Source: Oscillospiraceae bacterium
GTDB lineage: Bacteria > Bacillota > Clostridia > Oscillospirales > CAG-272
Length of the DNA: 64,000 nucleotides
Direction of reading: 5' to 3'
Assembly: GCA_015064805.1 (NCBI GenBank)
Contig: SVRN01000006.1
Coordinates: forward strand, 16,216-80,215
How positions within the stretch are numbered: the first letter of the stretch is position 1; each line of letters begins with the position of its first letter. Below, in pieces: positions 27,981 through 37,577 of this stretch. Below the pieces are notes generated by a model that had not been told where the DNA came from, did not search any database, and was given only the letters and a program-made list of their open reading frames with translations. The translations under genes were made by a program, and so were the position numbers.

Positions 27981-28346
27981 TTCTTTTTCGTTCTGCGCCT
28001 CTTGTAGCAAGCGCCGTTCCTCGGCATGCTTTTTCTCAATGCGGATCTCCCATTGGATGAGGAAGGTCATAGCCGCGCGCAACAGCACGATCGCGCCGAG
28101 AATGAGCAGCTCCTTCCACTCGCGCACGACGACGGTACGCAGCAGCTCGCCGCCCAGCTTAAATTCGAGCGACAGCGCGATGCCCTCGGCCAGATCCAGC
28201 CGAACGCGCTCGTGACGACGAATCAGCGAGATCAGCGCCTTGAGTACCGTAAAGACCAACACGCCGATACCGATCAGCTCGATCAGCAAAATGATGTAGA
28301 ATACGCCAATATCGAAAAATTCCAGAATCTTTTCATACGTTGCCAT
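27978..28346 (-). CDS. hypothetical membrane protein
   Basis: 122 aa with 2-3 TM helices (FDIGVFYIILLIELIGIGVLVFTVL...). Convergent with the holin-like gene. Confidence 0.5.
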   Translation of the reverse strand: MATYEKILEFFDIGVFYIILLIELIGIGVLVFTVLKALISLIRRHERVRLDLAEGIALSLEFKLGGELLRTVVVREWKELLILGAIVLLRAAMTFLIQWEIRIEKKHAEERRLLQEAQNEKE

Positions 28347-28370
28347 ATGGTACCTCCTTGTTTGGTGTGA

Positions 28371-31052
28371 TCAGAATACGACGCGAAGTGTGATGATCTG
28401 CTTGGGAGCGGCGTGCAGGGCAACGATGCCGCGGCGCGCCGAAAGAGCACCGACGGTCTTCTCGGCCAGATCGACCTCCTCGACCGATTTCACCGCTCTG
28501 CCAAAGCTCAGTTTGAAGTCGATGGGCTTTGAGGTGCTGTTGTACAGACGGATGATATGCGAGCCGTCGCGAGCCTCGGCGCCCTTGCAGGCCGAAAGGA
28601 TCATGGCGTTCTTGACCGTTTCATCCGTGATGCGGAACAGCTTGAAGTCACGCGGCAGTACGACGTCTGCCTGCTCCAGCGGACGGTAGAAGAGATCCGG
28701 CATACCGGGGCCCTGAACGAAGGGACGGCCGCCGATGTACTTGTTGCGGTCCACGCACTGAACCGCCGTATAAGGCATACCCATAAACTGCTGGGCGTAG
28801 GCGGCAACGCTTGCCGCTTCGTGGTCGCCTGCGTAAGGATACAGCGCCAGATGATAGCTGTTCTCGCCAAGGCTGACACCCTCGGGCGTGACCCACTCCT
28901 GCGACATGGTGGTCTCGCCCTCGAAGCCGCCCGTGATACGGCGAACCGAGCGCAGCAGCGTGATGGCCAGCGTACCGTCGTTCTCGCCGGTCATGTGCTC
29001 GTATTCGTACAGGCCGCAGTTCATCACGGCAAAGCCGCTCTCACCGTCGGGTGCATCGATACCAACGAAGTCGGTATTGGGATGCGTCTTGTCGTCGTTG
29101 TACTTGCTGATCTTGGTGCGGGTGACGATATCGTAGGGCTGACCTGCGTAGTTGACGTCGGTCACAATACCCGTAGGCAGGCAGACGCGCAGGCGGTGAC
29201 GGATGCACTGGTTGTTGATGCGGATATCCACACCCAGCATCTTGTCACCCTTACCCAACGTGAGCACGACCTCGAAATCGACCGTACCGCTGCCGATCTC
29301 GCGATCGATCTTCATGCGGTAGGTGATGCCCCGCTTCTGAAGCAGAGGCGTGTCCTCAATGACGCGCGCCTTGGCGCGAACGCCGCGGCTGGTCACGATT
29401 TCACTGCCGTCGTTCTCGTAGTAGTTGTAGGCCGTACCGCGATCGGCGTTGTCCTCCATCCACAGCAGATTTTCGTAGACCTTGCCCGTTTTCTTGTTCT
29501 TCAGGTCGATGGTACCGTTTGTGTGAATGGTGACCTTGAGATACTCGTTTTCCATGTGGTAAGCCGACTTGCGGCGAGGCTCGGCCACGGCCAGCGCACC
29601 CTCAACCGCCGTCAGCACCAGCACGCGATAGGACATGCCCTCAAGGCTTGCGCGATAGCGGACGGTGTAGCGGTTGACCAGCTTGCCGCCGGGCAAATTG
29701 ATGGGGCTCAGGATACGCTTGTCCACGTTCTTCTGAATGCTGACAACCTCAAACGGCACGTTCTTGCCCTTGGTGTCCGACAGAACGAAGGCACCCGTGT
29801 CCTCGTCGGCGGGAATGTCGATAACGGCCTGCATGACGCCGTCGTAGGTCAGCGGCGTCGAATTGATATTAGCAATCAGATACTGGCGCTCGTTCAGGCC
29901 CGTGCGGTCGATATGGGAGAGCAACAGCTCGCCGCCGCGGCTGATCAGATCGGTCGCATTCTCCTCGACGCGCTCAAAGCGATCCATCATATGATTGTGG
30001 ACGGCGTCAACGGAGCAGCCGCAGATGGAGTCGTGCGGATGGTTCTGGATCAGCGTCTTCCACATATAGTTGCCGTATTCCTGGGGATATTCGCCGAGTC
30101 CCTGCGCGCTCGTCATGACGTACAACGGCTCGAACGTCTTTTCCAGCATGGCCTGCATACGGGCGTTATACTGCTTGAGATAAACGCGCGAGGCAAGCGT
30201 GCCCGTCAGCACGTTGGCCGCGCCAAGATCGCGGAACTCGCCCTGATAGGTGGTCAGCTCGACGCCCGTCTCGGCGATTTCGTCCTTGACGCGCTGGATA
30301 TATTCGGGCATGGTGTCCTGGAAGAAGGCCTCGTCCTCGTTCAAAAGGGGCTGTACCTTTTCAATGATTTCCGTCAGATCCTCCTGCGCCTCAAGATGGT
30401 CAACGCCGTTCATCATCAGATAATTGTGCGTCTTGCCGCGAGCCGCGCAGGCCTCGCCTCTCATGCGGGCAAGCATCAGCGCGCCCTCGGGATCGGAGGA
30501 AAAGCGCTGGGCGTTGTTGTACCATGCGAACATATGCTCGCACAAAATGCGGGAGCCGTCCTCGCTCTGCCAATAGAACTGCGACTCGCCGCGTGCAAAG
30601 CCACGACCGAAGATGCAGTTATCCAGACCGTAACGAGCCAGGATCTGAGGCAGCTGCGAGCACAGGCCGAACTGGTCGGCGGCATAGCCCACCGGCATGC
30701 ATTTGCCGAAGTCGTTGGCAATTTTGGTACCGATGAGCAGATTACGAACCGTCGCCTCGCCCGAGGTCAGATGGAAATCGTTTTGCACGTACCAGGGACC
30801 GACGAGCAGTCTGCCCTCCTTGATATAGCCCTCCAGCTTCTCGCGGCGGGTGGGACGGATCTCCAGATAGTCCTCCAGCACGATGGTCTGGGCGTCCAGA
30901 TGGAAGCGATAGCCGGGATCGTTGTCCAGAATGTCGAGCAGATGATCCATCAGGTCGACCAGACGCATACGGAAATTCTCCAGCGGAATATACCACTCTC
31001 TGTCCCAGTGGGTGTGCGAAATGATACAATACTTTTTGGTGTTCGTGTTCAT
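28371..31052 (-). CDS. glycoside hydrolase family 38 alpha-mannosidase
   Basis: MNTNTKKYCIISHTHWDREWYIPLENFRMRLVDLMDHLLDI...VGYAADQFG is the GH38 N-terminal catalytic signature. GGAAAGGA RBS. The ORF-track start at 31127 is an extension. The large + strand ORF 28557-31079 is an antisense artefact. Confidence 0.9.
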   Translation of the reverse strand: MNTNTKKYCIISHTHWDREWYIPLENFRMRLVDLMDHLLDILDNDPGYRFHLDAQTIVLEDYLEIRPTRREKLEGYIKEGRLLVGPWYVQNDFHLTSGEATVRNLLIGTKIANDFGKCMPVGYAADQFGLCSQLPQILARYGLDNCIFGRGFARGESQFYWQSEDGSRILCEHMFAWYNNAQRFSSDPEGALMLARMRGEACAARGKTHNYLMMNGVDHLEAQEDLTEIIEKVQPLLNEDEAFFQDTMPEYIQRVKDEIAETGVELTTYQGEFRDLGAANVLTGTLASRVYLKQYNARMQAMLEKTFEPLYVMTSAQGLGEYPQEYGNYMWKTLIQNHPHDSICGCSVDAVHNHMMDRFERVEENATDLISRGGELLLSHIDRTGLNERQYLIANINSTPLTYDGVMQAVIDIPADEDTGAFVLSDTKGKNVPFEVVSIQKNVDKRILSPINLPGGKLVNRYTVRYRASLEGMSYRVLVLTAVEGALAVAEPRRKSAYHMENEYLKVTIHTNGTIDLKNKKTGKVYENLLWMEDNADRGTAYNYYENDGSEIVTSRGVRAKARVIEDTPLLQKRGITYRMKIDREIGSGTVDFEVVLTLGKGDKMLGVDIRINNQCIRHRLRVCLPTGIVTDVNYAGQPYDIVTRTKISKYNDDKTHPNTDFVGIDAPDGESGFAVMNCGLYEYEHMTGENDGTLAITLLRSVRRITGGFEGETTMSQEWVTPEGVSLGENSYHLALYPYAGDHEAASVAAYAQQFMGMPYTAVQCVDRNKYIGGRPFVQGPGMPDLFYRPLEQADVVLPRDFKLFRITDETVKNAMILSACKGAEARDGSHIIRLYNSTSKPIDFKLSFGRAVKSVEEVDLAEKTVGALSARRGIVALHAAPKQIITLRVVF

Positions 31053-31084
31053 GGTACGTATATCCTTTCCTTGAATTGATGATT

Positions 31085-31642
31085 TTATGAAAGCAACGCA
31101 GGTAAAAACCAGGCGTCGTACAGCCATAGAAACAAAACGACAACGATCAAAATCTCACGCAGCACCGCGCGGACGATATTGCCCGTTTTGCGAAAGCCCC
31201 AACGCGCGCGTCTCTCCATCGTCGCGCCGGGCTGAGTGATCAGCGCAAGCACGCTGATGATGCAAAGCGTGACCGTCAGCAAGATCTTGTCCGCCGTGAC
31301 GGCGGCAGACATATCCTTGACGCACAGCACGATCAGCGCGGCGTGAACGAGCGTCGTCACGCACAAAAGCAGAAACGAAAGCAAATTGATCAAATACACG
31401 CCGCCCTCGTCCAGCTTGGCCTTTTTGCGCGCCGCGCGGTAAAAGATCCGCTGCCAGACGTGAGGCATATTCGCGCGCATGAAAGCGTCACCGCAACGGG
31501 CACGCACCGCTCGTGTGATGGGAGAGCGGATGTCGGCGGCGTAGCACAGCCAGCCAAACACCAAGCAAAGCGAGCCGAATACGTAAGGCTCGGTCAGCGC
31601 ACGCGGAAGAGCAAAAAAGAGGCCCGCCAGCCATTGATTCAT
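31085..31642 (-). CDS. hypothetical polytopic membrane protein
   Basis: 185 aa with 4-5 TM helices. No motif recognised. Confidence 0.55.
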   Translation of the reverse strand: MNQWLAGLFFALPRALTEPYVFGSLCLVFGWLCYAADIRSPITRAVRARCGDAFMRANMPHVWQRIFYRAARKKAKLDEGGVYLINLLSFLLLCVTTLVHAALIVLCVKDMSAAVTADKILLTVTLCIISVLALITQPGATMERRARWGFRKTGNIVRAVLREILIVVVLFLWLYDAWFLPALLS

Positions 31643-31794
31643 GCTCGTCCCTCCCCTCTCGTTTTATCTTCAATTAAGTATAACAGATTTTTTTCGGTTT
31701 GACCAGTACCAAACGAAAAATTTTCACGCAAAAGTCATCTTTTTTCACATCGCACCGAAAACGTCGAAAACTTTTCAAAAAAATTCAGAAAATC

Positions 31795-31823
31795 ACTTGA
31801 AAATTAGCCGCCGATGGTGTATA
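31795..31823 (+). promoter_or_regulatory. sigmaA-type promoter for tRNA-Val
   Basis: TTGAAA(31795-31800), 17-nt spacer, TATAAT(31818-31823). Confidence 0.55.
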
Positions 31824-31837
31824 ATATTTCCTGCTTC

Positions 31838-31914
31838 GGAGGCATAGCTCAGTTGGTCAGAGCGTTCGGTTCACATCCGAGAGGTCATAGGTTCGAGCCC
31901 TATTGTCTCCACCA
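31838..31914 (+). tRNA. tRNA-Val (anticodon CAC), CCA encoded
   Basis: GGAGGCATAGCTCAGTTGGTCAGAGCGTTCGGTTCACATCCGAGAGGTCATAGGTTCGAGCCCTATTGTCTCCACCA. The anticodon loop is TTCACAT. Confidence 0.9.
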
Positions 31915-31960
31915 AAAAAAGGAACGGCACCACATCGCGGTGCCGTTCCTTTTTTTGGTG
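31915..31960. terminator. rho-independent terminator after tRNA-Val
   Basis: AAAAAAAGGAACGGCACC acatcgc GGTGCCGTTCCTTTTTTTGG. Confidence 0.7.
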
Positions 31961-31989
31961 CAAACCATATAGGGTGAGAACCTATGTAA

Positions 31990-32075
31990 AAGAATTCCTT
32001 TTTGGCCAACGGCCACAAAGGGATTCTTTTTGAACTCACGCAAGCGTGAGTTCTGGGTTCGAGCCCTGTCGCCCA
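31990..32075 (+). other. tRNA-like remnant (T-arm GGGTTCGAGCCC plus hairpins), probable pseudo-tRNA
   Basis: ACTCACG caag CGTGAGT hairpin, then GGGTTCGAGCCCTGTCGCCCATAGGGCGAC. No complementary 5' acceptor strand or D arm was found. Confidence 0.3.
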
Positions 32076-32307
32076 TAGGGCGACTCGCTGAAAATTTCTG
32101 GTTGCTTTTTCCCTCACGGTGTCCTTTTCGTTTTGGGACAATAGCGCGACCTACTTGAAATCTTGGTCGCCACCTCGTCCACCACTATCTCGGGCCTCCT
32201 TCCCCACAAGGGGAAGGCTATTTGCTCCCTTCCGTTTTCACATATGTTTTTTCTTTGGCTCTCCTTTTGGCAATCATTCACGAACTTTCAATAGCTTATA
32301 AATCGCC

Positions 32308-32336
32308 ATTGACAATCTCTTGACTGCGCGTTATAA
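32308..32336 (+). promoter_or_regulatory. sigmaA-type promoter for 32369 gene
   Basis: TTGACA(32308-32313), 17-nt spacer, TATAAT(32331-32336). Confidence 0.5.
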
Positions 32337-32368
32337 TGTGAACACAGAACAACTATAAGGAGGCCTCT

Positions 32369-32920
32369 ATGAACGAATCAACCCGTCACCCGCTGACTAA
32401 AGAGAGATATAAAGCCACGCTGACGCAGCAAATAAAGCAGGAACTTTTCGTTTTCATCTTTAGTTCACTTCCCTATTCTCTCATTTTTTGCTTACTCGCC
32501 TTCTGCCTCTATTTCCTTTTGAATCCGTTTTCACCCACATGGGCTATCATCGCTCTCGTTTTTTTCTTACTCCCGCCGGTTGCAATCTGTTGTCATGAGA
32601 TCGGACGAGCAATATATCGTGCTATCTTGGTCAAGCAGAATAAGCTAATTATCATTCAAGATACAATGATAAACGTATCTACAGAGGCTTGTATCGGGCA
32701 TCCTTTAGAAGGCTTGAGAAGAGGAAGAATATTGACCGGCCTTTGGGCGGGGCATATTGATATATTGCGTTTTTCTCAAAACAAAAAATATATCCCCGGA
32801 GCAATCGAGCAGTATGACACATCCTGCTGCGGTGACACTTTCTACATTGTCATGTACAATGGCATCAAGCAGCGTCCCGCGTTGGTCTACAACACCAAAA
32901 TTTACGAACTAAAAGAATAA
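32369..32920 (+). CDS. hypothetical membrane protein in AT-rich island
   Basis: 183 aa. AAGGAGG RBS. Two TM helices. Local GC is far below the window average (32100-32920). Confidence 0.55.
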   Translation: MNESTRHPLTKERYKATLTQQIKQELFVFIFSSLPYSLIFCLLAFCLYFLLNPFSPTWAIIALVFFLLPPVAICCHEIGRAIYRAILVKQNKLIIIQDTMINVSTEACIGHPLEGLRRGRILTGLWAGHIDILRFSQNKKYIPGAIEQYDTSCCGDTFYIVMYNGIKQRPALVYNTKIYELKE

Positions 32921-32967
32921 CAGCAAAGCCGTCGGATGTCCGGCGGCTTTCGTTATGTTTTATAGAA

Positions 32968-33122
32968 AGGGGAAACCCCACTTGTGGTTTCCCCTCTTTT
33001 GAATCGCTCGCGATTCAAAATTCACCCCTTCGGGCGCTTGGAAAGGATAGGGGATTTCGCCCTCTGCGGAGGGCGACAAGGGCTCCGCGCCCTTGACCGC
33101 GCCGCCTTTTGAAAAAGGCGGG
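32968..33122. repeat. dispersed repeat module A (copy of 15246-15382)
   Basis: AGGGGAAACCCCACTTGTGGTTTCCCCT hairpin, GGATAGGGGATTTCGCCCTCTGCGGAGGGCGA palindrome, GCCGCCTTTTGAAAAAGGCGGGC. Confidence 0.75.
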
Positions 33123-33152
33123 CGAAAACTTTATGATGATTGGCAAATGCTT

Positions 33153-34457
33153 TTACTCCACCCTCGCAAAGATCAGCGGTCTCTCCTCGGGCTTTTCATC
33201 GCCGATCACCGTCGAAGCGAGCAATCTCTGCTCGGCGGCGGCAAAGCGGCTCTCGTCGCAGGTGTAGAGCGTGGCGATGGGATCGCCCGCGCGGACGTAG
33301 TCACCCGTCTTGGCGCGCAGTATCAGCCCCGCGGTGTAGTCGATCTCGTCCTCCATGGTGTTGCGGCCTGCACCCAGCAACAGGCTGGTGATGCCGTAGC
33401 CCTCGGTGTCAACCGATACGACGTAGCCGTCGCGGGGTGCTTTGACCGTATGCTCGTGCGTTGCCTTAGCAAACGTTTCGGGATGATAGATGACAGTATC
33501 ATCGCCGCCCTGTGCCTTGACCATACGCGCCAGCGTGTCAAGCGCTTTGCCGCTTGTGATCGCGTCGCGCACCTTGGCCTCGCATTCGTCGCGGTTACCG
33601 TGCTCGCCCGTCAGGGCCAGCATGTCCGAGGCAAGCGCGATGCAGATGTCAGTCAGATCCTCGGGGCCGCGTCCGCACAGCACGTCGATGGCCTCAATCA
33701 CCTCGAGCGTGTTGCCGATAGCGTAGCCGAGAGGACGGTCCATGTCGGTGATGAGAGCCAGCATCCTCTTGCCTGCCCGCTTGCCGATGTCAACCATGAG
33801 CTGTGCCAGCGCGCGGCTGTCCTCCAGCGTTTTCATAAACGAGCCGCTGCCCGTCTTGACGTCCAGTACGATGCAATCGTCGTCGGCCGCCAGCTTTTTG
33901 CCCATGATACTCGAAGCGATCAGAGGCATGCTGTCAACCGTCGCGGTCACGTCGCGCAACGCGTACAGCTTTTTGTCGGCGGGGGCAAGGTTTTTGCTCT
34001 GTCCGACGATGGCAATGCCGACCTCGTTGACGATGCGCTCAAACTCCTCGGTTGAAAGCGAGGTGCAAAAGCCGGGGATGGCCTCGAGCTTGTCGATCGT
34101 GCCGCCCGTATGCCCCAGTCCGCGGCCACTCATTTTGGCGACCTTGACGCCAAGCGACGCAACGATGGGGGTGACGACCAGACTGGTCTTATCGCCCACG
34201 CCGCCCGTCGAATGCTTATCGACGCGGACGCCGTTGATGCGGGAGAAATCCAGCCGGTCGCCCGAATCGCGCACAGCCAGCGTCAGCGCGGTCGTCTCAC
34301 GGACGTCCATGCCGCGGAAGTAAACGGCCATGCAAAAGGCGGCAGCTTGATAGTCCGCGACCTCGCCGCTGACGTAACCCTCGATGAACGCGCGGATCTC
34401 CTCGTCGGAAAGAGGCTGGCCGTCACGTTTTTTCTTGATGATATCGTATGCTCTCAT
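33153..34457 (-). CDS. pdp: pyrimidine-nucleoside (thymidine) phosphorylase
   Basis: MRAYDIIKKKRDGQPLSDEEIRAFIEGYVSGEVADYQAAAFCMAVYFRGM...HSTGGVGDK is the Pdp/DeoA signature. GAGGAGG RBS. Confidence 0.9.
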   Translation of the reverse strand: MRAYDIIKKKRDGQPLSDEEIRAFIEGYVSGEVADYQAAAFCMAVYFRGMDVRETTALTLAVRDSGDRLDFSRINGVRVDKHSTGGVGDKTSLVVTPIVASLGVKVAKMSGRGLGHTGGTIDKLEAIPGFCTSLSTEEFERIVNEVGIAIVGQSKNLAPADKKLYALRDVTATVDSMPLIASSIMGKKLAADDDCIVLDVKTGSGSFMKTLEDSRALAQLMVDIGKRAGKRMLALITDMDRPLGYAIGNTLEVIEAIDVLCGRGPEDLTDICIALASDMLALTGEHGNRDECEAKVRDAITSGKALDTLARMVKAQGGDDTVIYHPETFAKATHEHTVKAPRDGYVVSVDTEGYGITSLLLGAGRNTMEDEIDYTAGLILRAKTGDYVRAGDPIATLYTCDESRFAAAEQRLLASTVIGDEKPEERPLIFARVE

Positions 34458-34468
34458 GGGAGTCCTCC

Positions 34469-34870
34469 TCAAAGATTATCTTTGGTAAACGAAAGGGGCA
34501 GCAGCTCGTCAAGGCGATAGACCTTGACGCCCTCGGACGAGCCGAGAACGATCTCAAAGTCCGAGCTACAAAATTCAGCCATGACCTGGCGGCAGATGCC
34601 GCAAGGAGCACACAGCTCGCCCTCCTCGCCTTCGCGGCCGCCCGCAACGGCGATCATAGCGAAATCGCGCTCGCCCTCGCAAATGGCGGTGAAAAAGGCG
34701 GTGCGCTCAGCACAGTTGACGGCGCCGTAAGCGGCGTTTTCGACGTTACAGCCCAGATACACCTTGCCCGATTTGGTCAGGAGCGCAGCTCCGACGGTGA
34801 AATGGGAATAAGGGGTGTAGGCGCGTGAGCGGGCCGAGATGGCGAGCTCGTATAATTCTTTATGGTTCAT
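34469..34870 (-). CDS. cdd: cytidine deaminase
   Basis: MNHKELYELAISARSRAYTPYSHFTVGAALLTKSGKVYLGCNVENAAY...CAER...PCGICRQ contains the zinc-binding CAE and PCxxC motifs. GGAGGAAT RBS. The ORF-track start at 35026 is an extension. Confidence 0.9.
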   Translation of the reverse strand: MNHKELYELAISARSRAYTPYSHFTVGAALLTKSGKVYLGCNVENAAYGAVNCAERTAFFTAICEGERDFAMIAVAGGREGEEGELCAPCGICRQVMAEFCSSDFEIVLGSSEGVKVYRLDELLPLSFTKDNL

Positions 34871-35029
34871 AGATTCCTCCTGTTGGGGAAGATTGAGGTT
34901 TGTGCTAAACTTGATACAACTTCTCCTTGCTGCGCTCATACTGCGCGATTTCATCGCGCGCTGAGCGGATAGCATTTTTATGCCACTTCTTGGCACGTCC
35001 CAAGAAGTGGCCAAGAAGGACGCCAAGGC

Positions 35030-35580
35030 TTTCCCCCTTGGATCCCCCTGCCGCCGACGGCTAAAAAGGCGCCGTCGGGAATTTTTATTTTAGCAAAAAT
35101 CCTCCATCTGCGGGGCATATATCCCACCCCGCAGATGGGTTAGCTGTGGCAAAAGCTTTGCAATCCCGTTTCTGCTTGAAATTTGTGCTAAAATAAGGTG
35201 CGTAGCAAATAGCAATAATTTTTGCTTTCGCTTGTTGCGTGCGTCTTTCGTGTGCGCATTTTTTCGTCAAAATGCGCACGCAAAATCTGAATTTGCGCAA
35301 TTTCGCAAAAAGATGAGCATAGCGATAGCGACGCGACCTTTTTGCGTTGCGGGGTTCTAAGGGGTATTAGTCCCAGAATAAAATTTAATTTTCTATGGGA
35401 AGAATTTTGCTTGCAAAATTCTTCGGGAGCGGGCAATTCAACTTTCCCATAAGCACTGAATTAGATACCCGCGTTGTTTTCTTGGTTCGTTCTTTGCCGC
35501 GCGGCAAAGAATGAACGTCAAAAAGGCTTTCCGCGCGGCGCGAAGCTGTACGCGCGTCTGTAGAAGAATGAGTTAAAACT
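35030..35580. repeat. intergenic mosaic repeat block (modules C, F, E) inserted between cdd and deoB
   Basis: CCTCCATCTGCGGGGCATATATCCCACCCCGCAGATGGG (35101-35140). GAAGAATTTTGCTTGCAAAATTCTTC (35397-35425) and CCCAGAATAAAATTTAATTTTCTATGGGA, which are inverse-oriented copies of 51583-51640. CGCGCGGCGCGAAGCTGTACGCGCGTCTGTAGAAGAATG (35533-35572). Confidence 0.75.
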
Positions 35581-35586
35581 TTAGTA

Positions 35587-36750
35587 TTACCCCTTTACCT
35601 CTCCCCAAAAACTCTTCCCCGCAGTATCCTTCTGCTCAAGTCCCAGCGCCTCCAGCACCGTCGCGGAAATGTCGCAAAATCCAATTCTCGTGCCAAGATC
35701 CACACCCGCCTTGACGCCGCCACCGTAGAGCAGCATCGGCGTGTGCTCGCGCGAGTGGTCGGTCGAGGGGGTCGACGGATCACAGCCGTGGTCGGCCGTG
35801 ATGATCAGGGCGTCCTCCTCACCAAGACGAGCCAAAAATTCGGGCAGCCACGCGTCAAACCGCGTCAGCGCGGCGGCATAGCCGTCGACGTCGTTGCGAT
35901 GACCGTAGGTCATATCAAAATCCACCAGATTGACAAAGCAAAGACCGTGGAAGTCGCGCTCGGCCATAGACAGCGCAATCTTCATGCCCTCGTCGTTATT
36001 GCCGGTTCGATGACCCTCCGTCACGCCCTTTCCTGCAAAAATATCGGAGATCTTACCGACGGAAATGACGTCCATACCGCTTTCTTTGATCACGTCCAAC
36101 ATGGTCTGCGCGGGGGGCAGGAGCGAATAGTCGTGGCGGCGCGCCGTGCGCTTGAAAGGATGCTCGCCCTCAAACGGACGGGCAATGACGCGACCGACGC
36201 CGTGGCGACCTTTGAGCAGCTCGCGCGCGATCTCGCAATAGCGGTACAGCTCGTCGATGGGGACGATGCCTTCGTGCGCGGCGATCTGGAAGACGCTGTC
36301 GGCCGAGGTATAGACGATCAGCGCCCCGGTGCGAAGATGCTCCTCGCCATAGTCGCGGATGACGTCGGTGCCCGAATAGGGCTTGTTGCAGATAACTTTT
36401 CTGCCCGTGGCCTGCTCAAAGGCAGTGATGACCTCGGGCGGGAAGCCGTCGGGATAGGTGGGGAGGGGCTGCTCAGATACAAGACCCGCGATCTCCCAGT
36501 GGCCGATGGTAGTGTCCTTGCCTGCCGACAGCTCGCGCATACGGGCATAGGCAGATAGCGGTTCGTCCACACCGCCGCCGACGCCTTCGATGTTAAAAAG
36601 ACCTAACTTGGCAAGGTTGGGGCAATCGAACGCGGCGCTTTTACGGATGGCACCCAGCGTGTTACTGCCCGCATCGCCAAAGGCGGCAGCATCGGGCATC
36701 TCACCGATGCCGACGCTGTCCAGTACGATGATAAAAAAGCGTTTGATCAT
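35587..36750 (-). CDS. deoB: phosphopentomutase
   Basis: MIKRFFIIVLDSVGIGEMPDAAAFGDAGSNTLG is the DeoB signature. GAGGAAG RBS. The ORF-track start at 36780 is an extension. Confidence 0.9.
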   Translation of the reverse strand: MIKRFFIIVLDSVGIGEMPDAAAFGDAGSNTLGAIRKSAAFDCPNLAKLGLFNIEGVGGGVDEPLSAYARMRELSAGKDTTIGHWEIAGLVSEQPLPTYPDGFPPEVITAFEQATGRKVICNKPYSGTDVIRDYGEEHLRTGALIVYTSADSVFQIAAHEGIVPIDELYRYCEIARELLKGRHGVGRVIARPFEGEHPFKRTARRHDYSLLPPAQTMLDVIKESGMDVISVGKISDIFAGKGVTEGHRTGNNDEGMKIALSMAERDFHGLCFVNLVDFDMTYGHRNDVDGYAAALTRFDAWLPEFLARLGEEDALIITADHGCDPSTPSTDHSREHTPMLLYGGGVKAGVDLGTRIGFCDISATVLEALGLEQKDTAGKSFWGEVKG

Positions 36751-36760
36751 AAAAGCTTCC

Positions 36761-37462
36761 TCACGCGATCTCCAGCGCAATCTCGATCATGTTGGTAAAG
36801 GCCGTTTCTCTATCCTTAGCGGTCATGTTGACGCCCTCCTTGACGAACGAGTCGCTGACGGTGCAGATGCACAGCGCCTTCTTGCCTGCGCGGGCAGCGT
36901 TGCAGTACAGCGCGGCCGATTCCATCTCAACGCCCAGAACGCCCATCTTGGCCCATTCCATATCACTGTGAGCGTCGTCGTAGAAAATATCGGACGAGAA
37001 AATGTTACCGACCTTATAGTTGACGCCCTTGGCAGCGCAAGCGTCGGCGGCGGCACGAAGCAGGCCGAAGTCTGCGATGGGAGCGAAGGTGCCGGGCAGG
37101 CGGTATTGCGTCGCAAAATTTCCGTTGGTGCAGGCGCCCATCGCCAGCACGATGTCCAGAATGTTCAACTCAGGGTCGAACGAGCCGCACGAGCCGACGC
37201 GGATGATATTTTCCACGCCGAAGGAATTGTACAATTCATAAGAATAAATACCGATGGAGGGCTGGCCCATGCCCGACGCCATGACGGACACGCGCTTGCC
37301 GTTATAGTAGCCGGTATAGCCCTGCACGCCGCGGATGTTGTTGACCAGCTTGGCGTCGGTCAGGAAATTCTCTGCGATAAATTTAGAGCGCAGAGGGTCA
37401 CCGGGCATCAGTACGGTCTTGGCGAAATCGCCTTCGTTTGCAAGAATATGAGGGGTTGCCAT
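36761..37462 (-). CDS. deoD: purine nucleoside phosphorylase DeoD-type
   Basis: MATPHILANEGDFAKTVLMPGDPLRSKFIAENFL...GMGQPSIGIYSYEL. AAAGGAG RBS. Confidence 0.9.
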   Translation of the reverse strand: MATPHILANEGDFAKTVLMPGDPLRSKFIAENFLTDAKLVNNIRGVQGYTGYYNGKRVSVMASGMGQPSIGIYSYELYNSFGVENIIRVGSCGSFDPELNILDIVLAMGACTNGNFATQYRLPGTFAPIADFGLLRAAADACAAKGVNYKVGNIFSSDIFYDDAHSDMEWAKMGVLGVEMESAALYCNAARAGKKALCICTVSDSFVKEGVNMTAKDRETAFTNMIEIALEIA

Positions 37463-37577
37463 AATAAATTCTCCTTTTCGTTTATATATCTGTTTATACT
37501 CGTAGGGGCGACCCTTGGTCGCCCGCGGGCGCACACAGTGCGCCCCTACGGGATATTGGCAGTCTTATCGTGTTCAA

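Noticed and set aside
28557-31079. 840-aa ORF on plus strand
   Set aside because: It is antisense to the GH38 alpha-mannosidase gene, which has unmistakable family motifs. It has low-complexity composition rich in Ala/Gly/Arg/Val and no RBS.
33093-34323. Several plus-strand ORFs (33093-34055, 33742-34323, 34110-34520)
   Set aside because: They are antisense to the pdp/cdd genes, which have clear family signatures.
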